Of a DNA stretch of 48,120 nucleotides, positions 38,030-47,737 are shown piece by piece. The notes under the pieces were generated by a model. It was given only the letters and a program-made list of their open reading frames with translations, did no database searches and was not told where the DNA came from. Source of the DNA: Ferroacidibacillus organovorans (GTDB lineage: Bacteria > Bacillota > Bacilli > Alicyclobacillales > SLC66); assembly GCF_001642725.1 (NCBI RefSeq), contig NZ_LSUQ01000019.1:1-48120 (forward strand). Reading direction: 5' to 3'. The stretch's first letter is position 1, and the number at the start of each line of letters is the position of its first letter. Made by a program: the position numbers and the translations under genes.

Positions 38030-38755
38030 TATGCCCGTGTTTGTAGAAATGTCCTGGGACAGCGCCAGCACAACCGCCTGGGTTCTAGTCTTAACACCGA
38101 GTTTTTGTAAAATGCTCGTCGTATGATTGCGCGCTGTCTTAGGCGTGATAAACAGCCGATTTGCAATCTCATCGTTAGGGTGACCTTCTGCCATCAACCG
38201 CAGAACCTCCAATTCGCGCGGAGTGAGTTCCTCAAGTCCAGGCGAGAGTCGCGTAACCGTCGGCAAAGCAGTGGGTGTGCGCGTAGGATTCGTAGGTATG
38301 GGTTGAACGGTTTCCGATTCTTCTCCTCGAACCCGATCCATGAGATACGGTAAGAGTCGCTTGTCGATATAGCGTCTGCCAAAAGACACTTCCCGCACCG
38401 CGTTCTTTAACTCTTCACCGTCACAATCTTTTAATAGATACCCACATATTCCCGCGCGGATTGCGCGCAGAACCGTATCACTCGAATCGTCATTGCTGAC
38501 AATCAGAATCGGCGTGTCAATTGATGCGTCGCGCAATACACGAGCCACATCCACACCCGACAAATCAGGCAAGCCAATATCAAGGATGAGCACATCCGTC
38601 TCTGCGGCGTGATCCATCATATAGCGAATCGTATCTGACCCATTTTTGGTAGTACCTAGTACATGAATCTCATCTGATATTTGAAATAAAGCCATCATGC
38701 CGCTTACAAACAATCCCTGATCGTCCGCAATACACACTGAAATCGTAGAATCCAC
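38012..38755 (-). CDS. NarL/LuxR-family response regulator (DegU-like)
   Basis: Receiver domain (IADD, ILDIGLP, GYLLK), Pro/Thr linker and LuxR HTH LTPRELEVL...TARNH. Confidence 0.93.
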   Translation of the reverse strand: MDSTISVCIADDQGLFVSGMMALFQISDEIHVLGTTKNGSDTIRYMMDHAAETDVLILDIGLPDLSGVDVARVLRDASIDTPILIVSNDDSSDTVLRAIRAGICGYLLKDCDGEELKNAVREVSFGRRYIDKRLLPYLMDRVRGEESETVQPIPTNPTRTPTALPTVTRLSPGLEELTPRELEVLRLMAEGHPNDEIANRLFITPKTARNHTTSILQKLGVKTRTQAVVLALSQDISTNTGILGLFS

Positions 38756-38775
38756 AGACGTTCACGTCCTTTTAC

Positions 38776-39504
38776 TTAAACCTTAAGTCTGATTTGCACC
38801 GTCGTGCCTGTCCCTGGCGCCGTATCTATCGCGACATGCGCCCCGATCAACTTCGCTCTCTCTTGCAAGCCAAGAAGTCCATAGCGACCTGTCACCGCGC
38901 CTGCGCCCATGCCGACACCGTCATCTGCAATCGTCAGGATCAAATCGCCCTCTTCGCATTCGGCGCGAATGGAAATTGTCTGCGCCTGCGCGTGCTTCCC
39001 CGCATTTGTGATGCATTCTTGAACCATGCGATAGAGTGTGATCGATGCATCCTCCGAGAGTGCCGGCAGCGCATCCACATCAACCGTCACATTTCGATCA
39101 AGCAGGTTGACACAGCGCTCGCCATACGCGCGCAGCGCCCCCGCGAGTCCAATCTCCGCCATTTCAACTGGACGCAAATCATAGATCAAGCGCCGCAACT
39201 CTCCCACTGAATTGCGCATCAACTCTTGAATCCGCAGAATTTCTGGCAAGACGTGATCGGGTTGATGACGAAGCATTTCCTTGACGACTTCAAGTCGCAT
39301 CGTGAGATTCGTCAACATTTGCGCAGGGCCATCATGAATGTCGCGCGCAAGTCGCCTGCGTTCTTCCTCCATCGCTTCAATCGCAAAACGCGTATCCAAG
39401 ATCTCCGCACCTCCACCATCAAAAAGCGCCTGCACATCAGCGCAGACGCCCGGGACACCGCGTGAGCAATCGTTCGCGACTACGATCCCACACATCTCAC
39501 TCAT
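38776..39504 (-). CDS. Soluble HisKA_3 histidine kinase (DegS-like core, no TM sensor)
   Basis: EERRRLARDIHDGPAQ, QECITNAGKHA, DDGVG and GLLGLQERA. Start uncertain (39522, 39504 or 39495). Confidence 0.9.
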   Translation of the reverse strand: MSEMCGIVVANDCSRGVPGVCADVQALFDGGGAEILDTRFAIEAMEEERRRLARDIHDGPAQMLTNLTMRLEVVKEMLRHQPDHVLPEILRIQELMRNSVGELRRLIYDLRPVEMAEIGLAGALRAYGERCVNLLDRNVTVDVDALPALSEDASITLYRMVQECITNAGKHAQAQTISIRAECEEGDLILTIADDGVGMGAGAVTGRYGLLGLQERAKLIGAHVAIDTAPGTGTTVQIRLKV

Positions 39505-39546
39505 CTCACACTTGCGTTTCAACGGAATTTATCGTTCGTCTACGTT

Positions 39547-39593
39547 TGACGAAATTGTAAACCGGGATGACGAACCTGTCAAACTTTGTCGAA
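39547..39593 (-). promoter_or_regulatory. Sigma-A promoter of the kinase/regulator pair, overlapped by three Spo0A boxes
   Basis: TTGACA(39582-39577)-N17-TACAAT(39559-39554). TGNCGAA occurs on the + strand at 39547, 39568 and 39587. Confidence 0.75.
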
Positions 39594-39614
39594 TCAGAAT
39601 CGTCAGACACGATG

Positions 39615-40931
39615 TCAGTGAATCGCGCGCATCGCAGAATCGATCGCTTCACACGTTTCCGCCAAGGCCACATCGTCGTGCACGAGCGAGACGAACCCCG
39701 CTTCCAGGTGGGAAGGCGCCAGATATACGCTACGATCGAGCAACGCGTGAAAATAAGACGCATAACGCGCCTTGTCTGACTGCGCTGCGCTCTCATAATC
39801 AGTGACTGGATGCTCAGCAAAGAAGCACCCGAACATTCCGCCAAGGAAGGTTCCCTGGACTGGAAAACCATATCTTTTGCCTGCATCGAGAAAGGTTGAG
39901 ACAAGCTGTGCCGAACGCGCTTCAAGCCCTTCGTAGACCCCTTCTGTCGCGAGTGTCTTTAGCGTGGCAAGACCCGCCGCAACAGCTAACGGATTGCCGG
40001 AAAGCGTGCCCGCCTGGTAGACAGGACCTGCCGGAGCCACAAGGTCCATGATGTCTTTGCGGCCACCATAGGCGCCCACTGGAAGACCCCCACCAATGAC
40101 TTTCCCGAGTGTCGTCAAATCAGGTTTTACACCATAGTACCCTTGCGCTCCGCCAAACCGTACGCGAAACCCTGTCATCACTTCATCGAAAATGAGCAGC
40201 GCCCCATACGATTGCGTAACGGCGCGCAATCCCTGTAAAAAGCCATCCTTTGGCGGCACCATCCCCATGTTGCCGCCGACTGGCTCAACGATGATCGCGG
40301 CGATCTCCTCACCAAACTGCGCAAACGCGCTTTCCACCGCCGCGAGATCGTTATAGGGCAACGAAATCGTGAGTGCGGCAATTTCCGGAGGCACACCCGG
40401 AGAGTCCGGGAGACTAAACGTCGCTACACCTGATCCCGCGCGGATGAGCAGGCTATCCGCATGCCCGTGATAACAACCAATAAACTTGATGATTTTTGAG
40501 CGACCTGTAAACCCGCGCGCCAAACGCAGCGCACTCATCGTCGCTTCTGTGCCAGAATTGACCATGCGAACTAGGTCCATCGATGGCAGAGCACTCAAAA
40601 TCAAGGCGGCAAGATCCGATTCAAGCTCCGTCGGCGCGCCATAACTCGTCCCGCGCACAGTCTGCTCCGTAATCGCCTGAACGACCGCCTGGTGCGCGTG
40701 GCCGAGAATCAGCGGACCCCACGAAAGGACATAGTCGATGTATCGATTGCCATCAAGATCATAGAGATACGGACCTTCACCACGCGTCATGAAACGCGGT
40801 GTCCCCCCGACCGCCCGAAAGGCGCGCACCGGGCTGTTCACCCCGCCTGGAATCAACGTTTGTGCGCGTTTCATCGCCTCTGCCGAGCGAGCGGTGCGGC
40901 GTGTCATTGACACATGTTCATCCATTGACAT
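39615..40931 (-). CDS. hemL: Glutamate-1-semialdehyde 2,1-aminomutase
   Basis: [37 protein letters not shown] and [10 protein letters not shown]. Confidence 0.98.
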   Translation of the reverse strand: MSMDEHVSMTRRTARSAEAMKRAQTLIPGGVNSPVRAFRAVGGTPRFMTRGEGPYLYDLDGNRYIDYVLSWGPLILGHAHQAVVQAITEQTVRGTSYGAPTELESDLAALILSALPSMDLVRMVNSGTEATMSALRLARGFTGRSKIIKFIGCYHGHADSLLIRAGSGVATFSLPDSPGVPPEIAALTISLPYNDLAAVESAFAQFGEEIAAIIVEPVGGNMGMVPPKDGFLQGLRAVTQSYGALLIFDEVMTGFRVRFGGAQGYYGVKPDLTTLGKVIGGGLPVGAYGGRKDIMDLVAPAGPVYQAGTLSGNPLAVAAGLATLKTLATEGVYEGLEARSAQLVSTFLDAGKRYGFPVQGTFLGGMFGCFFAEHPVTDYESAAQSDKARYASYFHALLDRSVYLAPSHLEAGFVSLVHDDVALAETCEAIDSAMRAIH

Positions 40932-40962
40932 TCACTCCCGTCATCCCTAAAAACCACACTGA

Positions 40963-41949
40963 TTAGCGGCGATTTCCGTGATCTCTTTGCAGAATGCGTG
41001 CAACATCCTTTGAGAAATAGGTGATGAGGATATCCGCGCCCGCGCGCGTCAAGCTGGTCATCGTTTCCATGACGATCGCCTCTTCATCCACCCAACCGCG
41101 CTGTGCCGCCGCTTTGATCATCGCGTACTCCCCGCTCACGTGATACGCGGCGAGCGGAACATCATACTGTTCCTTAAGCGCGCGCACAACGTCAAGATAG
41201 GGCATGGCCGGTTTGACCATCAACATGTCAGCGCCTTCCGCCAGATCAGACTCCGCCTCGCGAAACGCCTCGCGCACATTGGCCGGATCCATCTGATAGC
41301 TGCGGCGATCCCCAAACGACGGGGCAGAGTGCGCCGCCTCGCGAAACGGGCCATAAAACGCTGACGCGTACTTCACAGAATAAGAGAGGATCGGGGTGTT
41401 TTGATAGGATGCTTGATCGAGCGCTTCGCGGATCGCCGCAATCCGTCCATCCATCATATCTGAAGGCGCAATCAAATCCGCACCAGCCTGCGCATGCGAA
41501 CGCGCCGTTTTTGCGAGCAGTGACAAACTCTCGTCATTCACAATCTCTTCGCCGCGTACGATCCCGCAATGCCCAGCCGGATTATAGGCGCAAAGACAGA
41601 CATCTGTTGCGACCACGATGTCTTTATTCTCTTCCTTAATCGCCCGGATCCCTTGTTGTACGATTCCCTCTTCCGCATACGCTTCTGAACTGAGATCATC
41701 CTTTGTCTTTGGGAGCCCGAACAAAAGTACAGAACGAACGCCGAGTTCCGAGAGTTCATGGATCTCTCGACGCAACGCGTCGATGGACAGGTGTTCCACA
41801 CCTGGCATCGCGTCGAGCGCGTCGCGACCTTCACCGTGTTTCACAAAAAGAGGTAACATCAACTGATCCGTATTCACCCTTGTTTCGCGGACCATGGCGC
41901 GAATCCCCTGGTGATTTCGCAGCCTGCGATGACGATCAAAGTCAATCAT
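40963..41949 (-). CDS. hemB: Porphobilinogen synthase (Zn-type)
   Basis: DVCLCAY...[23 protein letters not shown] and MVKP; start probably 41949 or 41955. Confidence 0.98.
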   Translation of the reverse strand: MIDFDRHRRLRNHQGIRAMVRETRVNTDQLMLPLFVKHGEGRDALDAMPGVEHLSIDALRREIHELSELGVRSVLLFGLPKTKDDLSSEAYAEEGIVQQGIRAIKEENKDIVVATDVCLCAYNPAGHCGIVRGEEIVNDESLSLLAKTARSHAQAGADLIAPSDMMDGRIAAIREALDQASYQNTPILSYSVKYASAFYGPFREAAHSAPSFGDRRSYQMDPANVREAFREAESDLAEGADMLMVKPAMPYLDVVRALKEQYDVPLAAYHVSGEYAMIKAAAQRGWVDEEAIVMETMTSLTRAGADILITYFSKDVARILQRDHGNRR

Positions 41950-42718
41950 CCTCATGCCTCCTATACGCTTCATCTTTTTTATTCAAAGCGAGTCTCTGAA
42001 GCGCAGCAACAACAGACGCGCTGTCAGGCGCTCTCGCCTGTTCATCCACCCGCAAATTGCACGCCCTCATTACGTTTGACGTCTGCGGGCCAATCGAGAG
42101 AAATTGCAGGCGCCCATCTAGCCACACCCGCATCCGCTCGGTATGCCACCCTGCCGCAAAAGCAGTAACCGCCGAGCCGCTCGCAAACGTGACGACATCG
42201 ATTCGCCCCCGCCGTGCCGCGGTGAGTAGACCCTCCGCAGAAAGTGCTCTTGTCTCATAGAAAATCGGCGCCACGACCTGATAGCCAGCCGCCGTGAGAC
42301 GATTCGCAAGCTCATCATCCGCCAAGTTCCCGCGCGGATATACGATGCGCTCCCCACGTCCGTGTAAAAAGCGCGCCTCAATCCACGAGAAGACGCCCTC
42401 TGCGCGTTTCGTTTCTGCCTCATGAACGGTGTAAAACCCAGCCTGTTTTGCCGCTGCGCAGGACGCGCTGCCAACCGTTACGACAGGAATATGCCGGATG
42501 GCATTCAGCATGCGCGCATCCTGCATCAGGGCGCGGATCGCATTCACACTCGTAAAAATGATTAAAAATGCCTGATCCGGCACGAGTCGATCGACGGGAA
42601 GCAAGCGGATTTCAACAAGCGGAAAGTGCAACGGATACCCGCCACCTTTGCGGATGGCGCCAGACCAATTCGCACTTGTTTCAACAGGGCGTGTCAGGGC
42701 GATCCGCATCCCTTTCAT
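41942..42718 (-). CDS. hemD: Uroporphyrinogen-III synthase
   Basis: [22 protein letters not shown] and IGPQT; lies between hemC and hemB. Confidence 0.9.
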   Translation of the reverse strand: MKGMRIALTRPVETSANWSGAIRKGGGYPLHFPLVEIRLLPVDRLVPDQAFLIIFTSVNAIRALMQDARMLNAIRHIPVVTVGSASCAAAKQAGFYTVHEAETKRAEGVFSWIEARFLHGRGERIVYPRGNLADDELANRLTAAGYQVVAPIFYETRALSAEGLLTAARRGRIDVVTFASGSAVTAFAAGWHTERMRVWLDGRLQFLSIGPQTSNVMRACNLRVDEQARAPDSASVVAALQRLALNKKDEAYRRHEDD

Positions 42719-42721
42719 ATC

Positions 42722-43663
42722 TCAAACTTCTCCAACCATCGATAACAAGCGATCGCCACCGCTCGCGAGCATGCGCGCGGCCAATTCTCGCCCAAGTTCG
42801 CGCGCATCTTCACCCATCAACGCACCGCGCAGGACTACATTTCCACTCGCATCCGCGAGCATCGCCGTAAGATTCAAGCGGGAGAATGAAGGTGTAGCGT
42901 ATGCGCCAACCGGAACCTGGCAACTGCCGCCAACCTCTGCCAAAAACGCGCGCTCAGCCGTCACACAGCGTGCCGCTTCACGATCGTGAAGGGCAGCAAG
43001 CAGTTCTCGCACTTCTGTGTCTTGCTCGCGACACTCAATGGCGAGCGCCCCTTGCCCCGCTGCTGGGACACACTCAAACGGCGTGAGCGGCGTGGCCTCA
43101 TACGCCACGCCCGTCGTTGAAACGCGATTCTCAGTTAGCCATCCCATTCTGCGAATCCCGGCCGCGGCGAGTACGATCGCATCCAAATCCTGCAACTTTC
43201 GCAGACGCGTGTCAATGTTTCCGCGTAGAGACACGATCTCAAGGTCTGGGCGGATCGCCAAAAGTTGCGCTCGTCGACGAAGGGAACTCGTCCCTACACG
43301 GGCACCCTCCGGAAGTTCCAAAAGGGACTGACCGTGTTTTACGATCAAAAGATCGCGCGCATCTTCACGCGCTGGGATCGCCCCAATGACGAGCCCCTGT
43401 GCGAGGATCGCCGGAACGTCTTTTGCGCTATGTACGGCCAGATCGATGACACCTTCTTGAAGCGCCTTCTCAATCTCCGAGACGAAAAGACCCTTCCCAC
43501 CCACTTTGGATAAGGAGACATCGAGAATTTGATCTCCTCGGGTCACAATTTCAACCGTCTCAATGTCAAGGTCCGGTCGTTCCTTTTTAAGCGCTGCAAC
43601 CACATCGCCCGTCTGTGTCGTGGCGAGTTGACTCTTTCTTGTGCCTACACGCAGCCTTCTCAA
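42722..43663 (-). CDS. hemC: Hydroxymethylbilane synthase (porphobilinogen deaminase)
   Basis: GTRKSQLA, GGKGLF, VHSAKD, GTSSLRR, RGNIDTRL and GGSCQVP; TTG 43663 with SD GGGAGG. Confidence 0.97.
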   Translation of the reverse strand: MRRLRVGTRKSQLATTQTGDVVAALKKERPDLDIETVEIVTRGDQILDVSLSKVGGKGLFVSEIEKALQEGVIDLAVHSAKDVPAILAQGLVIGAIPAREDARDLLIVKHGQSLLELPEGARVGTSSLRRRAQLLAIRPDLEIVSLRGNIDTRLRKLQDLDAIVLAAAGIRRMGWLTENRVSTTGVAYEATPLTPFECVPAAGQGALAIECREQDTEVRELLAALHDREAARCVTAERAFLAEVGGSCQVPVGAYATPSFSRLNLTAMLADASGNVVLRGALMGEDARELGRELAARMLASGGDRLLSMVGEV

Positions 43664-43706
43664 GTGTAATCCTCCCCTGCACATGCTGTATCCTTGCCCA
43701 TATGCT

Positions 43707-44534
43707 TTACCAGCGATGAAACGCTGACATGAATTCACCGATCACCAAGAAATTCAATAGGACGCCAACAAAAGAAATCAAGTTAAACCACGCTGCGCGG
43801 CGACCGCTGATTCGCTCGGTGCCGCGCAGCCACAAATAGATGAAATAAAGGACTAACAAGAGTCCTGACGCAATCGGCTTTGGATCAAGCCACAAAAAAT
43901 GACGCGTAAGCATGGCGTACCAAATCGCCCCGATCAACATGCCAATCAATAAAAGCGGCCCGCCGACAAGCGCAGTTCGATACGCATAGACATCGAGTCT
44001 TTCAAGCGCCGGCAACCTGCGAAAAGGACCACTCGCAAACCGTTTTTTTCGCAGCGCTGTATCCTCAAGAAGGTAGAGCACGCTAAAAATCGCTGATACA
44101 GAAAAGAGCAAATACGATAAAATCGACACGGAGATATGAAGCACCAGTAGATCGCCTTGTTGCGGGACAGCCGTCGCCAAATGACCATGCACAATCGCGT
44201 CAAAGCCCACAAGCAAGAAACCAAACAGATTGACGAAAAGTGTAAAAAAATCGATGCGCGAAAAGAGACTGATCGCAACCGATAAACTGATTAAGAGCCA
44301 GGCAAAAAACAGGGTTGCCTGGACATAGGAATAGAGCGGCAAAGCGTGTTGCGCTAATACGCGCTGACTAAGAATTACCGTCTCAAGAACCCAGACGACG
44401 CCAAGCGTGAAAAGACCCACGCGGTTCGCAAGTTTGTTATCGCGAAGAAAATCAATAAAAAACAACGTTAGACTCACGCCATAACAGCTCAAAATGGCGG
44501 CGTACGCATAGGGGGACGCCAGTTCAATGAGCAT
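43707..44534 (-). CDS. hemX: HemX/CcsA-like membrane protein
   Basis: Multi-TM with LHI, RLPALERLD and W..DPK; located between hemA and hemC as in Bacillus; ATG 44534. Confidence 0.85.
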   Translation of the reverse strand: MLIELASPYAYAAILSCYGVSLTLFFIDFLRDNKLANRVGLFTLGVVWVLETVILSQRVLAQHALPLYSYVQATLFFAWLLISLSVAISLFSRIDFFTLFVNLFGFLLVGFDAIVHGHLATAVPQQGDLLVLHISVSILSYLLFSVSAIFSVLYLLEDTALRKKRFASGPFRRLPALERLDVYAYRTALVGGPLLLIGMLIGAIWYAMLTRHFLWLDPKPIASGLLLVLYFIYLWLRGTERISGRRAAWFNLISFVGVLLNFLVIGEFMSAFHRW

Positions 44535-44535
44535 C

Positions 44536-45960
44536 TCACGCGAGCGTCGGTGAAACGCGCGAACGGGGCGTCTCACCGGATTCAGATTTTGTCGCAAGGA
44601 CACTCGCTTGCGTCAGTGAGTGTGTCCTCATTGAATCAGAAGATGTGTTCGTCTTTTGCAAGAAAGTCTGATCAACACCGTGTGTCTCATCGGGTGGCGC
44701 GACCAGATCAAAGATGCGCGCAAACGTTCGCAATGCATCGCCGCCGCCCGGTTCTTTCGCCATTTCCTTGATGCTCGCAATCGGATCGCGCAACAACTGA
44801 TTCACAATGCTTGACGTGTGTTTTCTAAGCACGTCAACTTGGCGCTCATCGAGATCCGGCAATTTATGTTGCAGACTTTCCATTACCGCCGCCTGAATGG
44901 CGAACGACTTTTCGCGAAGCTCTGCAATGAGCGGCACAACCTGTTGCTCTGCCTGCCACTTGGCGAACGCGATGAGTTCATCTTCGATCATCTGTTCAAC
45001 CTGACTCGCCTCGTGATGCCGCAGCGCAAATCCTTCTGCCACCATCCCTTGCAAATCATCAATGTCATAGAGATACAACCCATCCAGCTGAGCGACACTC
45101 GGATCGACGTCTCTTGGCACCGCGATGTCGATGATAAAGAGCGGGCGACGTTTCCGAGAGCGAAGGGCTGTCGACACCATCGTTTCTGTGAGAACGTACC
45201 CTTTTGCACCCGTTCCGCTGATGACAATGTCCGCTTCTGCGAGAGATTCCGCCAATTGCTCCCAGGGACGCGCAATCCCCGCAAAAGCAGAAGCGAGCGT
45301 TTGGGCGTTTTCAAGCGTGCGATTGACCACAACAATTTTTGCGACGCCGTTTGCGCGAAGATGCGTCAGCGTCAATTCACTCATCTTTCCGGCGCCGATG
45401 ACCAAAACGGTTTTCCCGCTCATGGTTGAGAACACTTTTCTCGCAAGCGATACAGCCGCGTAGCTCACAGAAACAGCCGCCTGTCCAATCATCGTTTCTG
45501 TCTGCACGCGTTTTCCAAACGAGATTGCCGAGCGCATGGCGTAATTCATGAGGTGCCCTGTTGCCAAGTGGTCTTGTGCGATCAGATAGGCTTGGCGAAC
45601 CTGTCCAAGAATCTGCGTTTCGCCGATGACCATAGAATCGAGTCCTGATACGACCCGCAGGAGATGATCCACCACGTCCCGTTCTTGATAGCGGTTCAGC
45701 AGTCTCGAAAGCGTCTCTTGATCCATTTCACCAAAGCGTGAAAGATAACCAATAAACTTTGCGATGGCAGGTCCTGGCTGCTCAACATCAGCATAGAGTT
45801 CCGTTCGATTGCAGGTGGAAAGCAGCACAACCTCATGGATGCCCTGCATCTCGTGAAGTTCAGAGACGAGTTCACCAACCTGATCTTCAGGGACTGCGAA
45901 CCGCTCCCGCACTTCCACGGGCGCCGTTCGATAGTTAAGGCTCAGGGCCACAAGGCTCAC
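44536..45960 (-). CDS. hemA: Glutamyl-tRNA reductase
   Basis: TAPVEVRE, LSTCNRTE, SGLDSMVIGETQILGQ, GAGKM and DIAVPRD. Confidence 0.98.
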   Translation of the reverse strand: MSLVALSLNYRTAPVEVRERFAVPEDQVGELVSELHEMQGIHEVVLLSTCNRTELYADVEQPGPAIAKFIGYLSRFGEMDQETLSRLLNRYQERDVVDHLLRVVSGLDSMVIGETQILGQVRQAYLIAQDHLATGHLMNYAMRSAISFGKRVQTETMIGQAAVSVSYAAVSLARKVFSTMSGKTVLVIGAGKMSELTLTHLRANGVAKIVVVNRTLENAQTLASAFAGIARPWEQLAESLAEADIVISGTGAKGYVLTETMVSTALRSRKRRPLFIIDIAVPRDVDPSVAQLDGLYLYDIDDLQGMVAEGFALRHHEASQVEQMIEDELIAFAKWQAEQQVVPLIAELREKSFAIQAAVMESLQHKLPDLDERQVDVLRKHTSSIVNQLLRDPIASIKEMAKEPGGGDALRTFARIFDLVAPPDETHGVDQTFLQKTNTSSDSMRTHSLTQASVLATKSESGETPRSRVSPTLA

Positions 45961-46048
45961 AATAGAACATCTCCAACTCGGATTTATTCCGTAATAATAA
46001 ACAAGATGAGAACGAACATGAATTCAAGTTTCTCACGTTCCACAATAT

Positions 46049-46067
46049 ATTATAACATCTTGTCGAA
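46049..46067 (-). promoter_or_regulatory. Extended -10 promoter for the hem operon, with an adjacent Spo0A-box match
   Basis: TGTTATAAT (46057-46049); TGTCGAA at 46061-46067 on the + strand. Confidence 0.55.
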
Positions 46068-46118
46068 TTTGGTTGTCCAATCGATGTGAACGGTTCCTAT
46101 CACTTCTGTGCAAAAGTG

Positions 46119-46147
46119 TTGACGAGTAGCTTTACGAATGACACAAT
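46119..46147 (+). promoter_or_regulatory. Candidate sigma-A promoter for the EamA gene
   Basis: TTGACG-N17-CACAAT. Confidence 0.45.
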
Positions 46148-46166
46148 AGCGCGTGAGGTGAAAGGG

Positions 46167-47099
46167 TTGAACCGTGTTCTTGCCGATTGGGTACTCGTAT
46201 TGGTTACGTTTGTCTGGGGTGCAACATTTGTCGTCGTGCAAGACGCCATTAAAGACATTCCCGTCTTTGCATTTCTCGCCATACGCTTTTTATCGGCGGG
46301 CGTCATTCTGCTCTTCGCGGCGCTGCTGCTAAAGCGTGGAAGGGCTGCGTTGCGGACGTTCTCCTTGTGGAAAAACGGCCTCATCCTCGGTTTTTGGCTC
46401 TATGCAGGTTACGCCTTTCAAACGCTCGGACTCATGCATACCACTGCTGCCAAATCAGGTCTCATCACAGGACTATGTGTCGCGCTGGTGCCAATCTTTT
46501 CAATTTTCCTACTCCGCCACAAACCACCGCGCGGCGCGTTTATCGGCGTCGGGATAGCGACACTCGGACTTTTTTTACTCTCCGGTATTCGTTCAGGCAC
46601 TGTAAACATCGACGATTTTCTCACACTACTTTGCGCGATCGCATTTGCGATTCAGATCGTCTTGATGGCCAAACACGCGCGTGAGCACGACCCACTCACG
46701 CTCGCCGCTGTACAAATTCTGTTCGTTGGAGTGTTGAGCGAATTTTCATCGCTTTTTATGCGCGAATCACTCCACCTTATCGCGACTTCACTCACCGTAC
46801 CAACCGTCTGGATCGCCCTGCTGATTTGCTCACTCTTGGCCACCGTCATCGCCTACTTTGCTCAAGCAGCATTTCAACGCTATACTACGCCAACGAAAAC
46901 CGCGCTCATTTTTTCACTGGAACCTGTGTTTGCGGCGCTCGTCGCCGTTTGGTACGGCGGAGAATCACTAACCCTGTTTTCTATCTTTGGTGGTTTTCTG
47001 ATCGTCGCAGGTATGTTGACCGCAGAATTCTCAGGTCAGGAGCGTGCGCATTCCAGAAAGAAACAAGGTGAGCGTCCTGCGAAGCAATCTACGCTCTGA
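46167..47099 (+). CDS. EamA/DMT family transporter
   Basis: VWGATF, AIRF, QTLGL.HTTAAKSGLI and IFSLEPVFA; TTG 46167 with SD GAGGTG. Confidence 0.92.
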   Translation: MNRVLADWVLVLVTFVWGATFVVVQDAIKDIPVFAFLAIRFLSAGVILLFAALLLKRGRAALRTFSLWKNGLILGFWLYAGYAFQTLGLMHTTAAKSGLITGLCVALVPIFSIFLLRHKPPRGAFIGVGIATLGLFLLSGIRSGTVNIDDFLTLLCAIAFAIQIVLMAKHAREHDPLTLAAVQILFVGVLSEFSSLFMRESLHLIATSLTVPTVWIALLICSLLATVIAYFAQAAFQRYTTPTKTALIFSLEPVFAALVAVWYGGESLTLFSIFGGFLIVAGMLTAEFSGQERAHSRKKQGERPAKQSTL

Positions 47100-47117
47100 G
47101 AGGACTGCGGCGGGGGA

Positions 47118-47735
47118 TCACAAAAGATCCCCCACATCACTTTGACCTTTACTCAGACGCCCTTCAACATGTTCCCAAAGTGCATCAATTCCATACCCCG
47201 AGTCGGCAGATGTCAAAAAAATGGGATGATCAGCTTCGAGATGCAAGTCCTTGCGAATGACGTGTTGCTGTCGCGCATAGGCACCACGCGCTATTTTATC
47301 AGCTTTCGTTGCCGCAATCACGTGGCGTTCATAAAAAATGGATTGTAAATAAGCGGAAACATCGCAGTCGAGAGCACTCGGAGGATGCCTGATATCGATC
47401 AGTTGAATGACCCACACAAGCGTTTCTCGATCTGTAAGATAGCCTTCAATCATCGGTCCAAACTCGCTGCGTATCGATTTTCTCACATTAGCATACCCAT
47501 AACCTGGAAGATCAACCAAGCGAAAGGTCTGGTTGATATCATAAAAATTGAGCGTCTGCGTCTTGCCAGGCGTTGCTGATGTGCGCGCGAGTCTTCGACG
47601 ATTTAGCATGCGGTTAATGAGTGATGACTTTCCGACATTTGAGCGTCCAACCATCGCCAATTCTGGGCGATCCGCTTCCGGAAACTGTTCCTTGGTAACG
47701 GCTGATGTGAGAAATTCTGCTGCTTTAATAATCAT
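47118..47735 (-). CDS. engB: Ribosome biogenesis GTPase EngB/YsxC
   Basis: GRSNVGKSS, PGKT, DLPGYG and TKADK; follows lon. Confidence 0.97.
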   Translation of the reverse strand: MIIKAAEFLTSAVTKEQFPEADRPELAMVGRSNVGKSSLINRMLNRRRLARTSATPGKTQTLNFYDINQTFRLVDLPGYGYANVRKSIRSEFGPMIEGYLTDRETLVWVIQLIDIRHPPSALDCDVSAYLQSIFYERHVIAATKADKIARGAYARQQHVIRKDLHLEADHPIFLTSADSGYGIDALWEHVEGRLSKGQSDVGDLL

Positions 47736-47737
47736 TT

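Noticed and set aside
46013..46026. LexA box-like CGAACATGAATTCA upstream of hemA
   Set aside because: Mismatch in the GTTC half-site and no SOS-type target; probably chance.
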